From: Eledone cirrhosa
Lineage: Eukaryota
Assembly: GCA_964016885.1 (NCBI GenBank)
Contig: OZ024741.1
Coordinates: forward strand, 279,620,001-279,684,000
Direction of reading: 5' to 3'
Length of the DNA: 64,000 nucleotides
Below, in pieces: positions 24,020-36,840 of this stretch; the stretch's first letter is position 1, and every line of letters begins with the position of its first letter. The translations under genes were made by a program, and so were the position numbers. Under the pieces are notes generated by a model. The model saw only the letters and a list, made by a program, of their open reading frames with translations, had not been told where the DNA came from and ran no database searches.

Positions 24020-27000
24020 CATCATCATCATCATCATCATCGTTTAACGTCCATCTTCCACGCTTGCATGGGTTTGGACGGGAGTTTTCCCACTTGAAGC
24101 AAGAGTGATTGTCTTGCTCGCATAGGACTGTCTGGCGGGTTTTCTACGGCTGGATTCCCTTCCTAACACCAACCACGTTTACAGTGTGGACTGGGAGGTT
24201 TTTACCATGTTACCTACACGGCCACATTACAGCGTGTACTGTGTGTTTTTTTGTCGTGACACCCACACGACCTCATTTGTTTCGAACTGGATGTTGTGGT
24301 ACCAACATAACTTTACATTGAAAGGGGTGGTGTGGATGGGGTGTGGGTAGTGGGATGGGGTGTATTTTGTTAGAGGGGCCTACTGACTGTAGTAGGTTTC
24401 GCTTTGTACTTAGGCAAGGCGGGTCTTCTGTATTACTGTGTAGCGCCAAAGATCTCGGTCCAGTTACATTGTCTTGGAGAGGTGTAAGTGTGTGAGGTCG
24501 GAATTTATCAAGTCGTCCCAGATTTTTCTGGGTCTGCCTACTCTGTAGCTACCGTCTATCTTTATTGCCCTGCACTTTGTTATACAGCTGTCGTCTTTCA
24601 TGCACACGCATCACGTGACCATACCAACGAAGTCTTCTCTCGAGTAAACAACATCTGATCCCTCTTATTCCTAATTTCTCACTTAGTTCATTTATGCTTT
24701 GCCGTTCACGTAAATTACTATTACACATCCAATGGAGCATGCAAGCTTCGTTCCTCTCCAGTCTGCGTATATCCTCTGCACACAATGCCCAGGTCTCACT
24801 GCCATGTAACATTGCTGGTCGTATGCAGGCATCATACAGCCTGCCTTTCATTTTTAGAGAGAACCCTTTAGCGGCTAATAGTGGTATAAGCTCTCAGAAC
24901 TTTTTCCATCCAGTTTTGACTCTAGCTACTGTACTTTCAGAGCACCCTCCACCACTGCTGATTTTGTCACCCAAGTAACGGAAGGTGTCCACTCTTTCTA
25001 TAGAACCATCTGTGCAATGGAATGAGCTAGTATTCTGTGGGCACTTGCTGCTACTTATTGCACCAGAGCACCGGCCACATATAAAATCTATATTCTTAGT
25101 TAGCTTACCTGTGACCCCACTACATCTTTTATGCACCCATACTTTGCATTTGGGACATAAAATGGAGTTTCTGCCTACTTCTTTCCTACACACTGAGCAT
25201 GGCCATTTCCCGGATGGGACCGGTGCCCTATTTTCCTTCCTACAAACTAGAACTTTAGTCTTAGACAGGTTAATTTTAAGGCCTTTTGATTCTAGGCCAT
25301 GCTTCCATATTTGGAATTTCTTCTCTAGTTCAGCCAATGATTTAGCTATGAGTGTTAGATCATCTGCGTATAGGAGTTCCCATGGGCAGCCGGTCTTGAA
25401 CTCCACTGTTATAGCCTGAAGGGCAATAATAAATAGTAGGGACCTAAGAACGGAACCCTGATGAACACCAACTTTTACGCTAAACTCTTCACTATATTCG
25501 TTGTTAATTCTAACCTTGCTGACTGTTTCTTTATACATGGCTTGTATAGCTCTCACAAGCCATTCATCAACACCTAGTTTTCTAAGAGCCCACCAGATAA
25601 TGGAACAGGGGACTCTGTCAAAGGCTTTCTCCAAGTCGACAAAAGCTAAGTATAGGGGTTTACTTTTAGCTAGGTACTTCTCCTGTAGTTGTCGTACAAT
25701 GAAAAGAGCGTCTGTGGTACTTTTACCTGACACAAACCCGAACTGCATTTCATCTAGATCAATTCGCTCTCTGATTAGTTGCGCTATTACTTTTTGTGAC
25801 CTTAATTTAATGGTCGATTAATTTAATGCCTCTATAGTTACCCCTATCTAGGGCATCTCCTTTGCGCTTGTAGCAGTTAATGATGATGCTGCTCCGCCAG
25901 TTCTTCGGAACAACCCCATTCTGTATGACTTGGTTTACTATCCGGGTGACCATAGTGTGTCCGACCGTTCCAGAAGCTTTCAGCATTTCAGCAACTATTT
26001 CCGAAGGCCCAGCCACCTTACCCGTATTCATATCTTTGATTGCCTTACTTATTATACTACCTTCGACTAACACTGCTGGTCCCTCTATTGGACCGATGTG
26101 GGGGAGACTGTCTGTCTCCCATTTATTCTCCTCATTTAGTAGCCTTTCGTAGTGACACTTTCAAGCTACCTTCTTATCAGCGTCAGTGATGGCAAGTACA
26201 CCATCATCATTAAGGACACACTTCTCCCCGACAATATCACGGTTTTCCTTGACACATTGCCTAGCAATCCTGAACACCTCACGTTCTTGGTCCTCGCGTT
26301 GTAGAACATGCTTGAACTTTCTTTCCTCTGCTTCCCTTCTTGCGAAGTACACTTGTCTCCTAGCTTCCCTCCTGGCCACTTGATAGTCTTCTCTACTTCC
26401 CCCATCCCGCCATACTTTCCAAGCCTGCTTTTTGGCCTTAATTGACTCCTCCACCTTACTGTTCCACCACCACGTTACTCTCCTCCTGCCTATAAGTCTG
26501 CTCCAGCCACAGACTTCATCTGCCGCCATCAGCAGGTTAGCTTTCAGGAATTCCCACTGTTCCTCTATATTGTACGACTCTAATTGCTCGACTCTAATTG
26601 CTCTTCCTTACTGTCGAAAGCATCAAGTAATATGCTTTTAAATTTATTACTGGCTGTGGGGTCCTTTAGCTTCCATATTTTTCTCCTGAGGATAGTCCAC
26701 TTCTGTTGTCGAGTACGTCTCGTCCTGACTATTAGGTCGCTAATTATGAGTCTATGTTGAGAGGTGCATTCTTCATGGGGGAGGGATTTAGTGTTTACAA
26801 CAGACACTATGTCACGTCTTCTGGTAAGGATATAATCTACCTGGCTGGTATGTTCCCCTGATCTGTAGGTGATCAAGTGATTGTCTCGTTTTTTGAAGTT
26901 AGTTTTACAGATAGTTAGGTTATTTGCATCACAGAATTCCAGGATTCTGGAGCCTTCCTCATTTCTAGTACCGAATGGATTCCGTCATAGCCGTCACAAT

Positions 27001-27110
27001 GTTGTCCAACGTGACCATTTAGGTCGCCAGCAATAATTATATAGTCACTGTCGGTTATTTGGGAAGTAGTGAGCATCAGTGTCTCATAGAATCTGTCTTT
27101 TATAGCGCCA
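24020..27110 (-). mobile_element. RTE-clade LINE (EN + RT with internal PHD finger), 5'-truncated and decayed
   Basis: EN: IAGDLNGHVG, SQVDYIL, SQHRL. RT: NYRGIKL, QFGF, FVDLEKAFD, GVHQGS, LLYADD, FRYLG. C-terminal RRLRWYGHV. (GAT)n tail at 24020-24041. Confidence 0.92.
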
Positions 27111-27423
27111 GGCAAGATTTGTCTTTCTTGTTCAAGCCAACAATGTTTCATCTGCAATGCACTACCAGTCTGAAAATCATAATCACAGAATATTGTTGCT
27201 TTCCCATCCACTTGCATTACTTTACAAAGCAGATGCTCATACCAATTCTCTATTACTTTGTATTGGTATTTACAACATAACAGCCAATGAAGGTATAGAC
27301 AGTCTTTATCATGGTGGCGCTTGTATTCTTTTTGCACAAGGCTCTCACATCCACTTACCAAGTGGGTTACATTTTCTACATTCTTTTCACAGTCTGCATT
27401 TCTGGGTGTCAGAAATTTTGTAG
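27110..27423 (-). mobile_element. R4/Dong-clade fragment (Zn knuckle and start of RLE region) abutting a (TAA)n tract
   Basis: KCRL..(frameshift)..ENVTHLVSGCESL..EYKRHHD..LYLHW..WYEH. The 5' junction is contiguous with (TTA)n at 27425-27465. Confidence 0.65.
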
Positions 27424-27495
<72 letters not shown>

Positions 27496-27586
27496 GCTGT
27501 TGCTGCTGCTGCTGCTGCTGCTGCTGTTGCTGCTGCTACTGCGGCGGCAGTGGTGGGTCGTCGTCGTCGTCGTCGTCGATGATGAC
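27424..27586. repeat. Compound trinucleotide microsatellite (TTA)n(TTG)n(CTG)n(GCG/GTG)(TCG)n(ATG)
   Basis: Seen directly. Confidence 0.95.
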
Positions 27587-27736
27587 GAATATTTTTCTAT
27601 TCTCTGTTTGTGTTTGCTGTGGTTAATTTATTGATTAACTAATTATGAAATCTGAACCTGATGATGTCAGCAGGGTCTTACATAACCAGTCCATTGAAAT
27701 ATATATATTTTTTTGCAACAATAAAACTTTAAAGCT

Positions 27737-28290
27737 TTTATCACCTCATCCCAAGTCTTCCTAGGTCTTCCTACTCCATAGCTTCCATCAACTTTGAGTG
27801 CCATGCACTTTTTATACAGCTGTCATCCTTCATACACAGCACAAGTCCATACTAATGCATTTGTTTCCCCTGCACATTGCATCTGATCTCTCTTATGCCC
27901 AGTTTCTATCTCAGTTCATTTATGCTTTGCCATTCATGTATATTACTATTACACATCCATTTAAAGCATGGAAGCTTCATTTCTTTCCAATCTTCATAGA
28001 TCCTCTGCACACAGCACCCAGGTCTCACTGCCATGCCACATTGCTGTTAGTATACATGAATCATGCAATCTGCCATTCTGAGGGCAAAATACTTTTGAAA
28101 CATCCACCTCCACTACTAATTTGGTTGCCCAGGTATCCAAAACTATCAACTACTCCTACCGAGCCCACTGGGCATTTAAAGAAGTTATTATCCTGTGGGT
28201 TGTTGCTACTTACTACACCTGTGCAACGACCACATATAAAACCTGTGTTCTTTACTAGCCTACCTGAGATCTGACTACATCTCTTGTGTA
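27737..28290 (-). mobile_element. RTE LINE fragment (PHD-insert family)
   Basis: HKRCSQISGRLVKNTGFICGRC..DSFGYLGNQISSGGGC plus 3' RT remnants. Confidence 0.8.
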
Positions 28291-28511
28291 ATATAGATAT
28301 GTATATGTAAACAAAACTTACCCCTTTTTTTCTATTATATACAATCTGCATCTGTGTAGAGAGCTTGATTTGGTACCAACACCAGTAATTCACTGTACTA
28401 CCCACACACACTATATATATATATATATATATATGTTTGTCTATACGTATTTATATATGTGAGTATTTATGTTCATCTATCTATATGTGTGTGTATACAT
28501 TCTTTTTTCAA

Positions 28512-28930
28512 TAGCTTGAGCCTGCGGGGCTGGACCGAGAGAATGGCAAAAGAACAGACGGCATGACAATCTTACCATTCCATGGTTGTAGGCCTCTTAT
28601 TTGGGATGCCACGTGCTGTGACACCTTCTCTAATGGCAACCTAGTATATTAGGCTACCAGCCCATGCACTGTTGCCTGCCAGGCTGAAGAGAGCAAGCTG
28701 TCCAAGTATTGGCCACTCTCTAATAGGTTTGTGATAGAGCCTGAAGTAGTGGAGACTACTGACGTTCTTGGTTCCTGTACCACATCCCTACTCACTGCGA
28801 TCGGAGTGGAGTTGGCCACCTGCAGGTGTGAGCCCCACAGTGGTTGTTCCAGTGCGTCTCCCTCACCATGTATTCATGTATTCTCCATCCTATCAGCTAG
28901 GACCCAGTGGCTGAGGGTAAGCTAGTTGGA
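28512..28930 (+). mobile_element. CRE-clade non-LTR retrotransposon, restriction-like endonuclease fragment
   Basis: LEPAGLDRENGKRTDGMTILPF..PLIWDATCCDTF..AEESKLSKY..PEVVETTDVLG matches the CRE RLE pattern (EP.GL...GKRPDG..WD.T..D..AE..K..KY..ET.G). Confidence 0.75.
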
Positions 28931-28977
28931 GGTGGAGGATACTTATTCAGATGTCACTTTTTCTCTATTTCTATATG

Positions 28978-29143
28978 TACAATAAAAATATGAGAGTATA
29001 ATATACAAAATTGATGAGAAAAGAGATGTAGCCACAGATGAATGTATATAAAACAGCATATAATATTTTAGAGTCAAGTACATCTGTGGCTACATCTTTT
29101 TTCTCATCAATTTTGTATATTATACTCTCATATTTTTATTGTA
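28978..29143. repeat. Near-perfect inverted repeat (63-bp arms, 40-nt spacer)
   Basis: tacaataaaaatatgagagt...gtagccacagatg (28978-29040) versus catctgtggctac...atttttattgta (29081-29143), about one mismatch. Confidence 0.9.
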
Positions 29144-29189
29144 TTATAGTCTGTAATGTACTTTATGATGCATTCCTGGCATTTAAGAA

Positions 29190-29645
29190 ATCATCATCAT
29201 TACCACTGTCATTGCCACTACCATCACCACTACCACTATCACTGCTGCCACCACCACCACCGCCACCATCTGTATTATCACTGCCACCACTAACATTAAT
29301 ATCACTGCCACCATCGTCAACACAACCACCACCACCAAAACAATCACAACCCACAATATCACCACTACAACCACCACTACTACCACTCACTATCACCACC
29401 ACCACCATCACCACCTGCGGCACCACTATCACTACCTCCACTATCGCCACCACCATCACCAACACCATAACCACCACCATGACCATCATCATCATCGCCA
29501 TTGCCACTACCACCAACAACAACAATACTACCAACACCCCACTAACCCTGTCGCCACCAAAACAACCACATCCTCCACTATCACCATCACAACCACCACC
29601 ATCAGCACCACAACCATCATCATCCTCCTCCTCATCATCATCATA
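29190..29645. repeat. Degenerate (CAC/CAT)n trinucleotide tract
   Basis: Low complexity; poly-P/T/S ORF artefact. Confidence 0.9.
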
Positions 29646-30174
29646 CTCTACATGCTCATCATTCTTGCCATCGTTATTGCTACCATTGTAATTACCATTA
29701 TATCAAGGGCTGTGGATGGCACAATCAGAAGAACATCAGTTTTTGTGTCTACTTACCTCCCTTTACATTCTTCAGTTTTGAAAATAACACTTATCATACC
29801 CTAAAGCAACTGTGAAGAATATAAAAATAATTGTAGAATTTTTGAAAAAGTGAAAACTCTGTGGAATAAAGTTTACAGGTTTAACCATTTAGGGACTTAA
29901 ATATAAGTTAGGGACTATATTTCTAATAAAAATACAATTTCTTTTTATATTCGCTTATCTTTGTCTATCTTGTTTTTTTTTTGTTTTTTCTCAACTGTAA
30001 GAGGTACTAGATACTTTCCCTGGTCTGTCATGGCTTACTAGCTCTATACAGACGTTTAAATTGATTAAATAAATAAATAAATAAATACACTATATGTTTG
30101 TTAACTTTGAAAGCAATCAAGGATTTGAAGGGATTTAGTGAAATAATTTGTTCATTAATTATTAAGTTGGAAAT

Positions 30175-30735
30175 TAGGGTGGTGGACTGAGAGAATCATT
30201 TGAGTGACTGACAGATTGTCATATGGTATTTGGCTACGGCTGACTTCAAATCTGACCTGGGGTCAACTTTCTCTTTAGTTTCTTCATGGTCATTGAAATA
30301 TTTCAGTACCAGTAATACACTGAACCTGATCTATTAATCTGTCTATGGTGGCTGCAGCAATGGTTCAATGGTTAAGAAGTTCACAATCATTAGATCCCAG
30401 GTTCAATCCTACTGCTTGGCATCTTCAGCCAGTGTCATTTACCATGGCCTCGGGACCCAAGTTGTCAATCTCCTTGTGACAGGCTCTGGGAACTGATCAC
30501 TGATCTTGATCAGGTGAAAGACAACAACCTGAGACAGCAAAGGTCTCGCACACAAGAAGAAGATCATAGCCTCGAGTTAACCCTTTGTCAATGAAATCGG
30601 GTAAACAAACTGTTTGGAAACCTATCAGTTAGACTGTACATGTAATTCAAGAGATCAGCCTTGTCACACACTGTGTCATGCTGAATCTCCCTGAGAATTG
30701 CATTAATGGTATACGTGTCTGTGGAATGCTCATAA
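30175..30735 (+). mobile_element. Cluster of decayed tRNA-derived SINEs
   Basis: Head with 'ttcaaatc...ggtcaactttctcttt' (30175-30345), head 'tggttcaatggttaag...ggttcaatcc' (30350-30460) and a 3' segment shared with 18175-18260. Confidence 0.5.
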
Positions 30736-31584
30736 TTCATCAAACCTAACAGAGGTGCATCACAGCTGAGTCTGTCTATGCTGCCCTTATTCCCTAAAAA
30801 ATATGTGTCCTTGTGACAAAGTTAGAAATTCATATTTTATAACTTTTGTTTTAATTTTTTTTTTCATCTTGTGTTTTACATAACTGAATATAGTACTCCA
30901 GCTGGGGCTTCACTGTGATGGTTAAAACAAATGGAAGAACTAAGCTGGAACACTTTGACACTGCTATTGGATTGAATGGCAGGCACTGCAGTAGCAGATA
31001 TATGTGTACTATAAATATTTCACTAGTGTTGTCATGGTTATAGTCATTCTCAACTACAAAAATAATAATGATAGCAAGAACAACACAAATAATGGCAGCA
31101 ACTGTGAAGTACTTCTTTTATTAATTAAACATTAATATTTTGACAAAAAATGATGGTGGAGCTCTGAAATGATAGTGAAGAACTTGTCTTTCCTGATGTT
31201 GAAATGAAAGACTTACTATGAGAGGCTGCTGAATGGGGAAAACAAAGGGTTGGGAGGACCCTCAGTTGTGTCAAGGACATGACAGCCCCCTTAGTGCATG
31301 ATAAATGCAACCCTTCAGTTGTGTCAAAGACACAACAACCTCTCTTGTGCACTCAGTAGATCGTGAACCCATACATAAGCCTTTATTTTGTTCTATTCTA
31401 CATGCTCTTAATGAAAAACATTAAAATAATTTTAAAACAAGCTGTTTCTTAAATATTGTGTGACCATGGATTAATTTTTTATTCTCCTTGATACACAACA
31501 CAATAAAAACATCTGGACTGTCCCTATTGTAAGGTGTGATATGTTGACTCCTATGGTAGGGTTTGATTTATTGACCCCATTGGC

Positions 31585-32466
31585 ACAAAGTCAGCAATAT
31601 GGGGAAAGGGGAAAGACAATTATATAAACTCCAATACTTAACTGGTTCTTTATTTTATCAACCTCTGAAGGATGAAAGGCAAAGTTGACTTTGCTGGGAT
31701 TTGAACTCAGAGTGTAGACAGCCAGTTTGACTGCTAAATATAGTAGATAGATTAATCATGTAGACAAGTTAACAAAACTATTCCTAATCTGGACTGTCTT
31801 CAAAATCCTTGTGGTATGGTAGAATTTTTTGTGGGGGATTTGACTGCTAATAGTAGGTCAATTGACCATATAATGTACTGTAAAGTGGTCATGCTGGTGA
31901 CATGATAAAAAGCACTCAGTTCACCCTGTAAGGTGGTTGTGCTGGTGACACAATGAAAATGTACTCTGTCAAACCAGTCAGTTAGGCATATTGATGCCAC
32001 AATAAAAAGCATCCAATCCATGCTGTAAATATGGTTGACATTAGACAAGGCATCCAGCTGTAGAAACCAAGCCAGAAACAGTTCTGTATGGTCATTTGAT
32101 CTGACATATCATAATGGGACAACTCGTCTAACCCATGCTAGCGTGGAAAATGGACATTAAGCCATGATGATGATGGTGATTCCTAATCTGGACTGCCTAA
32201 AAAAACCCTGTGGTTGGGCACAATTATTTTGTGGGGGATTTGACTGCTAACAATGGTTTCTAATTTAGGCACAAGGCCAGCAATTTTAGGGGAGGGGGAA
32301 ATCGATTAAATCAACTCCAGTGCATTACTGGTACTTTATTTTATTGACCCTATAAGGATGAAAGGCAAAGCTAACCTCAGCAGGATTTGAACTCAGAACA
32401 TAGAGGGCTGTAACTATAAGCCATGAAGCATGCCCAACACTCTACCAATACTGCCAATCCACTGCT
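31585..32466. mobile_element. Nin-domain-like SINEs (31585-31735, 32254-32466; minus) and an RTE-tail repeat (31870-32180; plus)
   Basis: 'ggtactttattttattgacccta-aaggatgaaaggcaaag..acctc..ggatttgaactc' signature, with further copies at 42300-42610 and 50470-50620. (GAT)n tail at ~32165. Confidence 0.65.
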
Positions 32467-33297
32467 AATAATAACAGATCAATCGGCCAAGTAGAAAAGT
32501 AATGTACTGCAGTTGATTTAACAAAACCATTCCTAATCTGGACTGCCTTCAAAATCCCTATGTTAGGATATAATTTTGGAAGAGACTATGTAAGCGGTCC
32601 TGGTAAAATAGACTCCCAGGCTATGTAGCCTGTAAGAGTGTCAGACACCTTGAGTTGTGGCCCTTTATGGTCTCAGTTAAGACAATTTGAAATCTTTTCA
32701 CCATCACCATCAATTGTTAAAATACAAGTTAAAATCATTTAGTTGTCCATTCATAACGTAGGTTATGCTCTAGTTACATATAAATACATAAACAGATACA
32801 GACAACAGAAGTGCAAACACACACGTACACATACACACACACATCTACTCATACATATTCATAAATAGACACATGATACAAACTAATTATTACATACACA
32901 CATATCTATGTAATGATCAAGGAAGGAAGGGGCTAGTGAAAGTTTGTGTGTAGCGACCCTTTAAGGTTTACCGGCTACATAGCCTATTTGTATAATTTCT
33001 TTGCGGGAGATTTGACTGTGAAATAATAGCAGGTCAACAAACATTCCCCATAGAATCTAAGGGAGATATTTTTGATTCTCAGTGAAACAGTTATAGTAAA
33101 ATACGCCATAAAGTGTCATGATTGCATTATGTGTATATTTTCTTGTCTTCTGTCATGCCTCTAGATATTCCTGATATTGTCTTTCTACAAGATCCATCAT
33201 ACAAACTATTGCAACCAAATATCTGGCAATTCTGTGCCAGCTGACATCCTAGTTTTGTCTTGTAATTTAAGAACAGTTCTTCATAGTTTTTCAGAGA

Positions 33298-33851
33298 GAT
33301 GGTGGAGATGGTGATAATGTTGATGATGGTGGTGATGGTGATGGTGCTGATGATGGTGGTGATGGTGGTGATGGTGATGGTGGTGATGGTGATGGTGGTG
33401 CTGATGATGGTGCTGATGGTACTGATGGTGGTGGTGATGTATGGTGATGGTGGTGGTGGTTGGTGATGGTGATGGTGGCGGTGGTGATGGTGATGATGGT
33501 GGTGGTGGTGGTGATGGCAGTTATTGTAGTGATGGTGATGGTGGTGATGTATGGTGATGATGGTGATGGCAGTGATCATGCTAATGGTGGTGGTGGTGGT
33601 GATGTATGGTGATGGTGGTGGTGGTGGTGGTGATGATGGTGATGTATGGTGATGCTGATGGTGGTGGTGATGTATGGTGATGGTGGTGGTGGTGGTGGCA
33701 GGATGGTGGTGAGAGTCATGATGCTGGTGGTGATGATGGCGATGGTGGTGGTGGTGATAGTGATGATGCTGGTGATGGTGATGATGGTGGTGATGGTGTT
33801 GGTGGGGAAAACCTCTCTCTCTCTCTCACACTACTCTCTCTCTCTCTCACG

Positions 33852-33912
<61 letters not shown>
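33298..33912. repeat. (GGT/GAT)n tract followed by (CT)n
   Basis: Seen directly. Confidence 0.95.
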
Positions 33913-33914
<2 letters not shown>

Positions 33915-34030
33915 GTATTTTTCTTTGTATCCCAATGTTTCTCTTTTCTTTCTCTTTCATACTTAAATTCTTTCTTTCTTTCTTTCTTCCTTTTCTTTTC
34001 TCTCTCTATAAATGAAAATGATTATTATAC

Positions 34031-34063
<33 letters not shown>

Positions 34064-34123
34064 TGTATGTATGTATGTATGTATGTATGTATGTATTTAT
34101 TTATTTATGTATGTATGTGTGTA

Positions 34124-36310
34124 TGTTCTTCTGGTTTTATAATTTCACAAAGTTTTACCAATAGAGAGAGAGTCGGTTTCTAACATAGACACAAGACTCT
34201 CTCATTGGAATTTACACAACATCAACTAGGTAGATATGTATGTATGTCTGCATGCATGCATGTGTAGATATGGATGTTATTGTATGTGTGGATGTGTATG
34301 TTTTGAGTTGTATGTGTGCATGTGTATATGCTTTGTATCTGTACATGTGTATATGCAATTATTAGATGCAAAATTTTTGGAATGTTTTACATAATTTTAC
34401 TGTTCCATTAATGGATTGTATTTGTAATTTCCTAACTAGTTGTGTTCTTTCTGTTCCTGTGAAGCCTAGCTTCTCAAGATTTGTATTGAGGCAGTTACTA
34501 ACATATCCCAGTGCCCCAATAATCACAGGCATAAATCTGAAGGTGTAATCAGGGTGGAGTATCTGCAGATTCCTCATCAGTTCTGCATAAATATTCTCCT
34601 TTTCACTAATCTTTGATATTATATTGGCATCTGCTGGACAGCTAACTTTCACTACTGTGCATGCTTTCTTCTCCCTGTCCCATGTCATAATATCTGGTCT
34701 GTTATGCCTGCATTTTATTGGGGTTTTTACTGGAACATTCCACCAGTACTCTTTCATATTATGTACATGGATGTCTTCCACATTGTTGTAGCTTTTAATG
34801 TTTATTATCGGGGCTATCTTTTTTACGAACTGCATTGTACAGTGTTTTGGCCACTACATCATGCCTCATAGGTAGATAGTACCGCGATGACATCTTTGGG
34901 CAGCTGCTGATGACATGGGTGATATCCTCGATGTTAGTTCTGCAGAGTCTGCACTTGTTATCACATCTAGGTGTTTTGCCTGCATCCCTATCTCTTTTGT
35001 GAATCAGGTATTCGTGCTCAGCTCCTGTTCTTGGATTGCAAAAGCGTATCCTTCAAAGTGGGAGCCAATATAGCGGTTGTTGGTCCAAGATAGACTACTT
35101 TCCTTATCTATATTACTCTCACTCTGGAACTTCCTGGCAACATATCCATGCATGATTTTTTGCTGATAGGCATGCAGTTTTTCATCCATGGATTCACTGC
35201 GATACTGCTGAGCGACATCCCTGGGTGTGAGTTTTTGATTATCACACAGGGAATATCTCTCAAGGAGTTCCTTCCCAACTCTCATGATCTTATCTGTTTC
35301 ATGCAAATAGACTTGCTCGAGAAGCGGGCTCCTACGCTTCGAGGTTTGTAGATGTTGTCAGAGAGATATGATGCAACATTCAAATGTTGTCTGGACTGAT
35401 GTTAGGCCTCTGCCTCCCTGCTTACATTTCAAGTAAAGGCGGTCTATGTCACTGTTGATGTGGAAGTTTCCGGTGTTGTTCAGTATTTTTCGAGTTCCAA
35501 CATCAACTGCTCGGATTTCATCTATCGTCCAATTGAGTATTCCAAACGTTGGTGTTAGGACAGGCACAGCAAACACATTGTGAGCCACTGTTTTGTTTTG
35601 CGCAGAGAGTTCCGATGACCAGATCTTTCTTAATCGGGTGTAGTATTCCCTGGTTACGCGTTCTTTATTACAGATACCATTATAGGATATGTTCTCATCT
35701 ATCCCCAGGTATCTGTAGCAGTCCTCCTCAGATATCGGTGAAACAGTTAGACTATTGATGACAATGTTGCTAGATTGGGTTGTTGTTTTTCCCCGCTTTA
35801 CAGTCATGTATGAGCATTTATCTTGGCCAAACTCCATTCCTATATCCTTTGAGAACGTTGTAACCAGGTCAAGATTTTTCTTCATCCCATCCATGTTCTT
35901 GGCATAGAGTTTCAGATCGTCCACAAAGAAGTTATGGGTTAGGTTCGTATTTCTGTCCTCCTGTGAGCCAATGATGTATCCCTCACATTTCTTGAGCAGA
36001 AAGGACAAGGGGTTTAATGACAAAATGAACAATATCACAGAGAGACTGTCCCCCTGAAATATACCCCTGCAATATTTTATTTTATCAGTGAAAATAGAGT
36101 CCTCCCTCTCTGTCTTCAACCTTAGGATAGTAGCCCAAGAAGAAGACAGCCTCTCTATGGCTCTGACAATAATGTCTGGGACTTTAGCAAGTTGGAGGGC
36201 CTCTATCATCCAAGAGTGGGGAACAGAATCGAAAGCTGTCTTGTAGTCCAGCCAGACTGTAGCCATATTCCTCCTAAGTTGTCGCACCTCCGACATCGCA
36301 GTTTTGTTAA
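34124..36310 (-). mobile_element. R4/Dong-clade non-LTR retrotransposon (RT + CCHC + RLE), 5'-truncated
   Basis: WLDYKTAFDSVPHSW, GIFQGDSLS, FFVDDLKLY, YRYLG, GGRGL, AIQEQ, CRLC..EDITHVISSC..RHD and RPDI. Both junctions abut (ATAC)n repeats. Confidence 0.88.
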
Positions 36311-36840
36311 TTATGTATGTATGTATGTATGACTGCAAGTATGTATGTATATATGTATGTACATACATGTGTATGTATGTATATATGTATGTACGTACAT
36401 GTGTATGTATATATGTATATGTATGTATATGTAATGTTTATATGTGTATATATGTATAAGTATATGTATGTATAACAATCTGACATATTCCTTAATTACC
36501 ATAAGTTTTATAGACATATGCTGTTTTGTCTATGGAACCAATAATATAGGAATTTGTCAGATTTTTGTACATACATATACATATCACCTTGATCACCTTG
36601 ACCGACCATTCGGCGCCGCTGGTCACAGCACGTGCTGTTTTAGCCATACGATGACACCATTCCACTGGCTGGGCGGGCAGGCCGACATATACATATATAC
36701 ATAAACACATACATAATACACACATACATACATATATACATACATATATACATAAACACATACATAATACACACATACATACATATATACATACATATAT
36801 ACATAAACACATACATAATACACACATATATACATAATAT

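Noticed and set aside
29038-29691. 217-aa proline/threonine-rich ORF (mucin/extensin-like)
   Set aside because: Built from a palindrome arm plus a degenerate CAC/CAT microsatellite; no splice or homology support.
30890-31045. Open stretch YSSWGFTVMVKTNGRTKLEHF.. after a pyrimidine tract
   Set aside because: No recognisable homology and no donor site.
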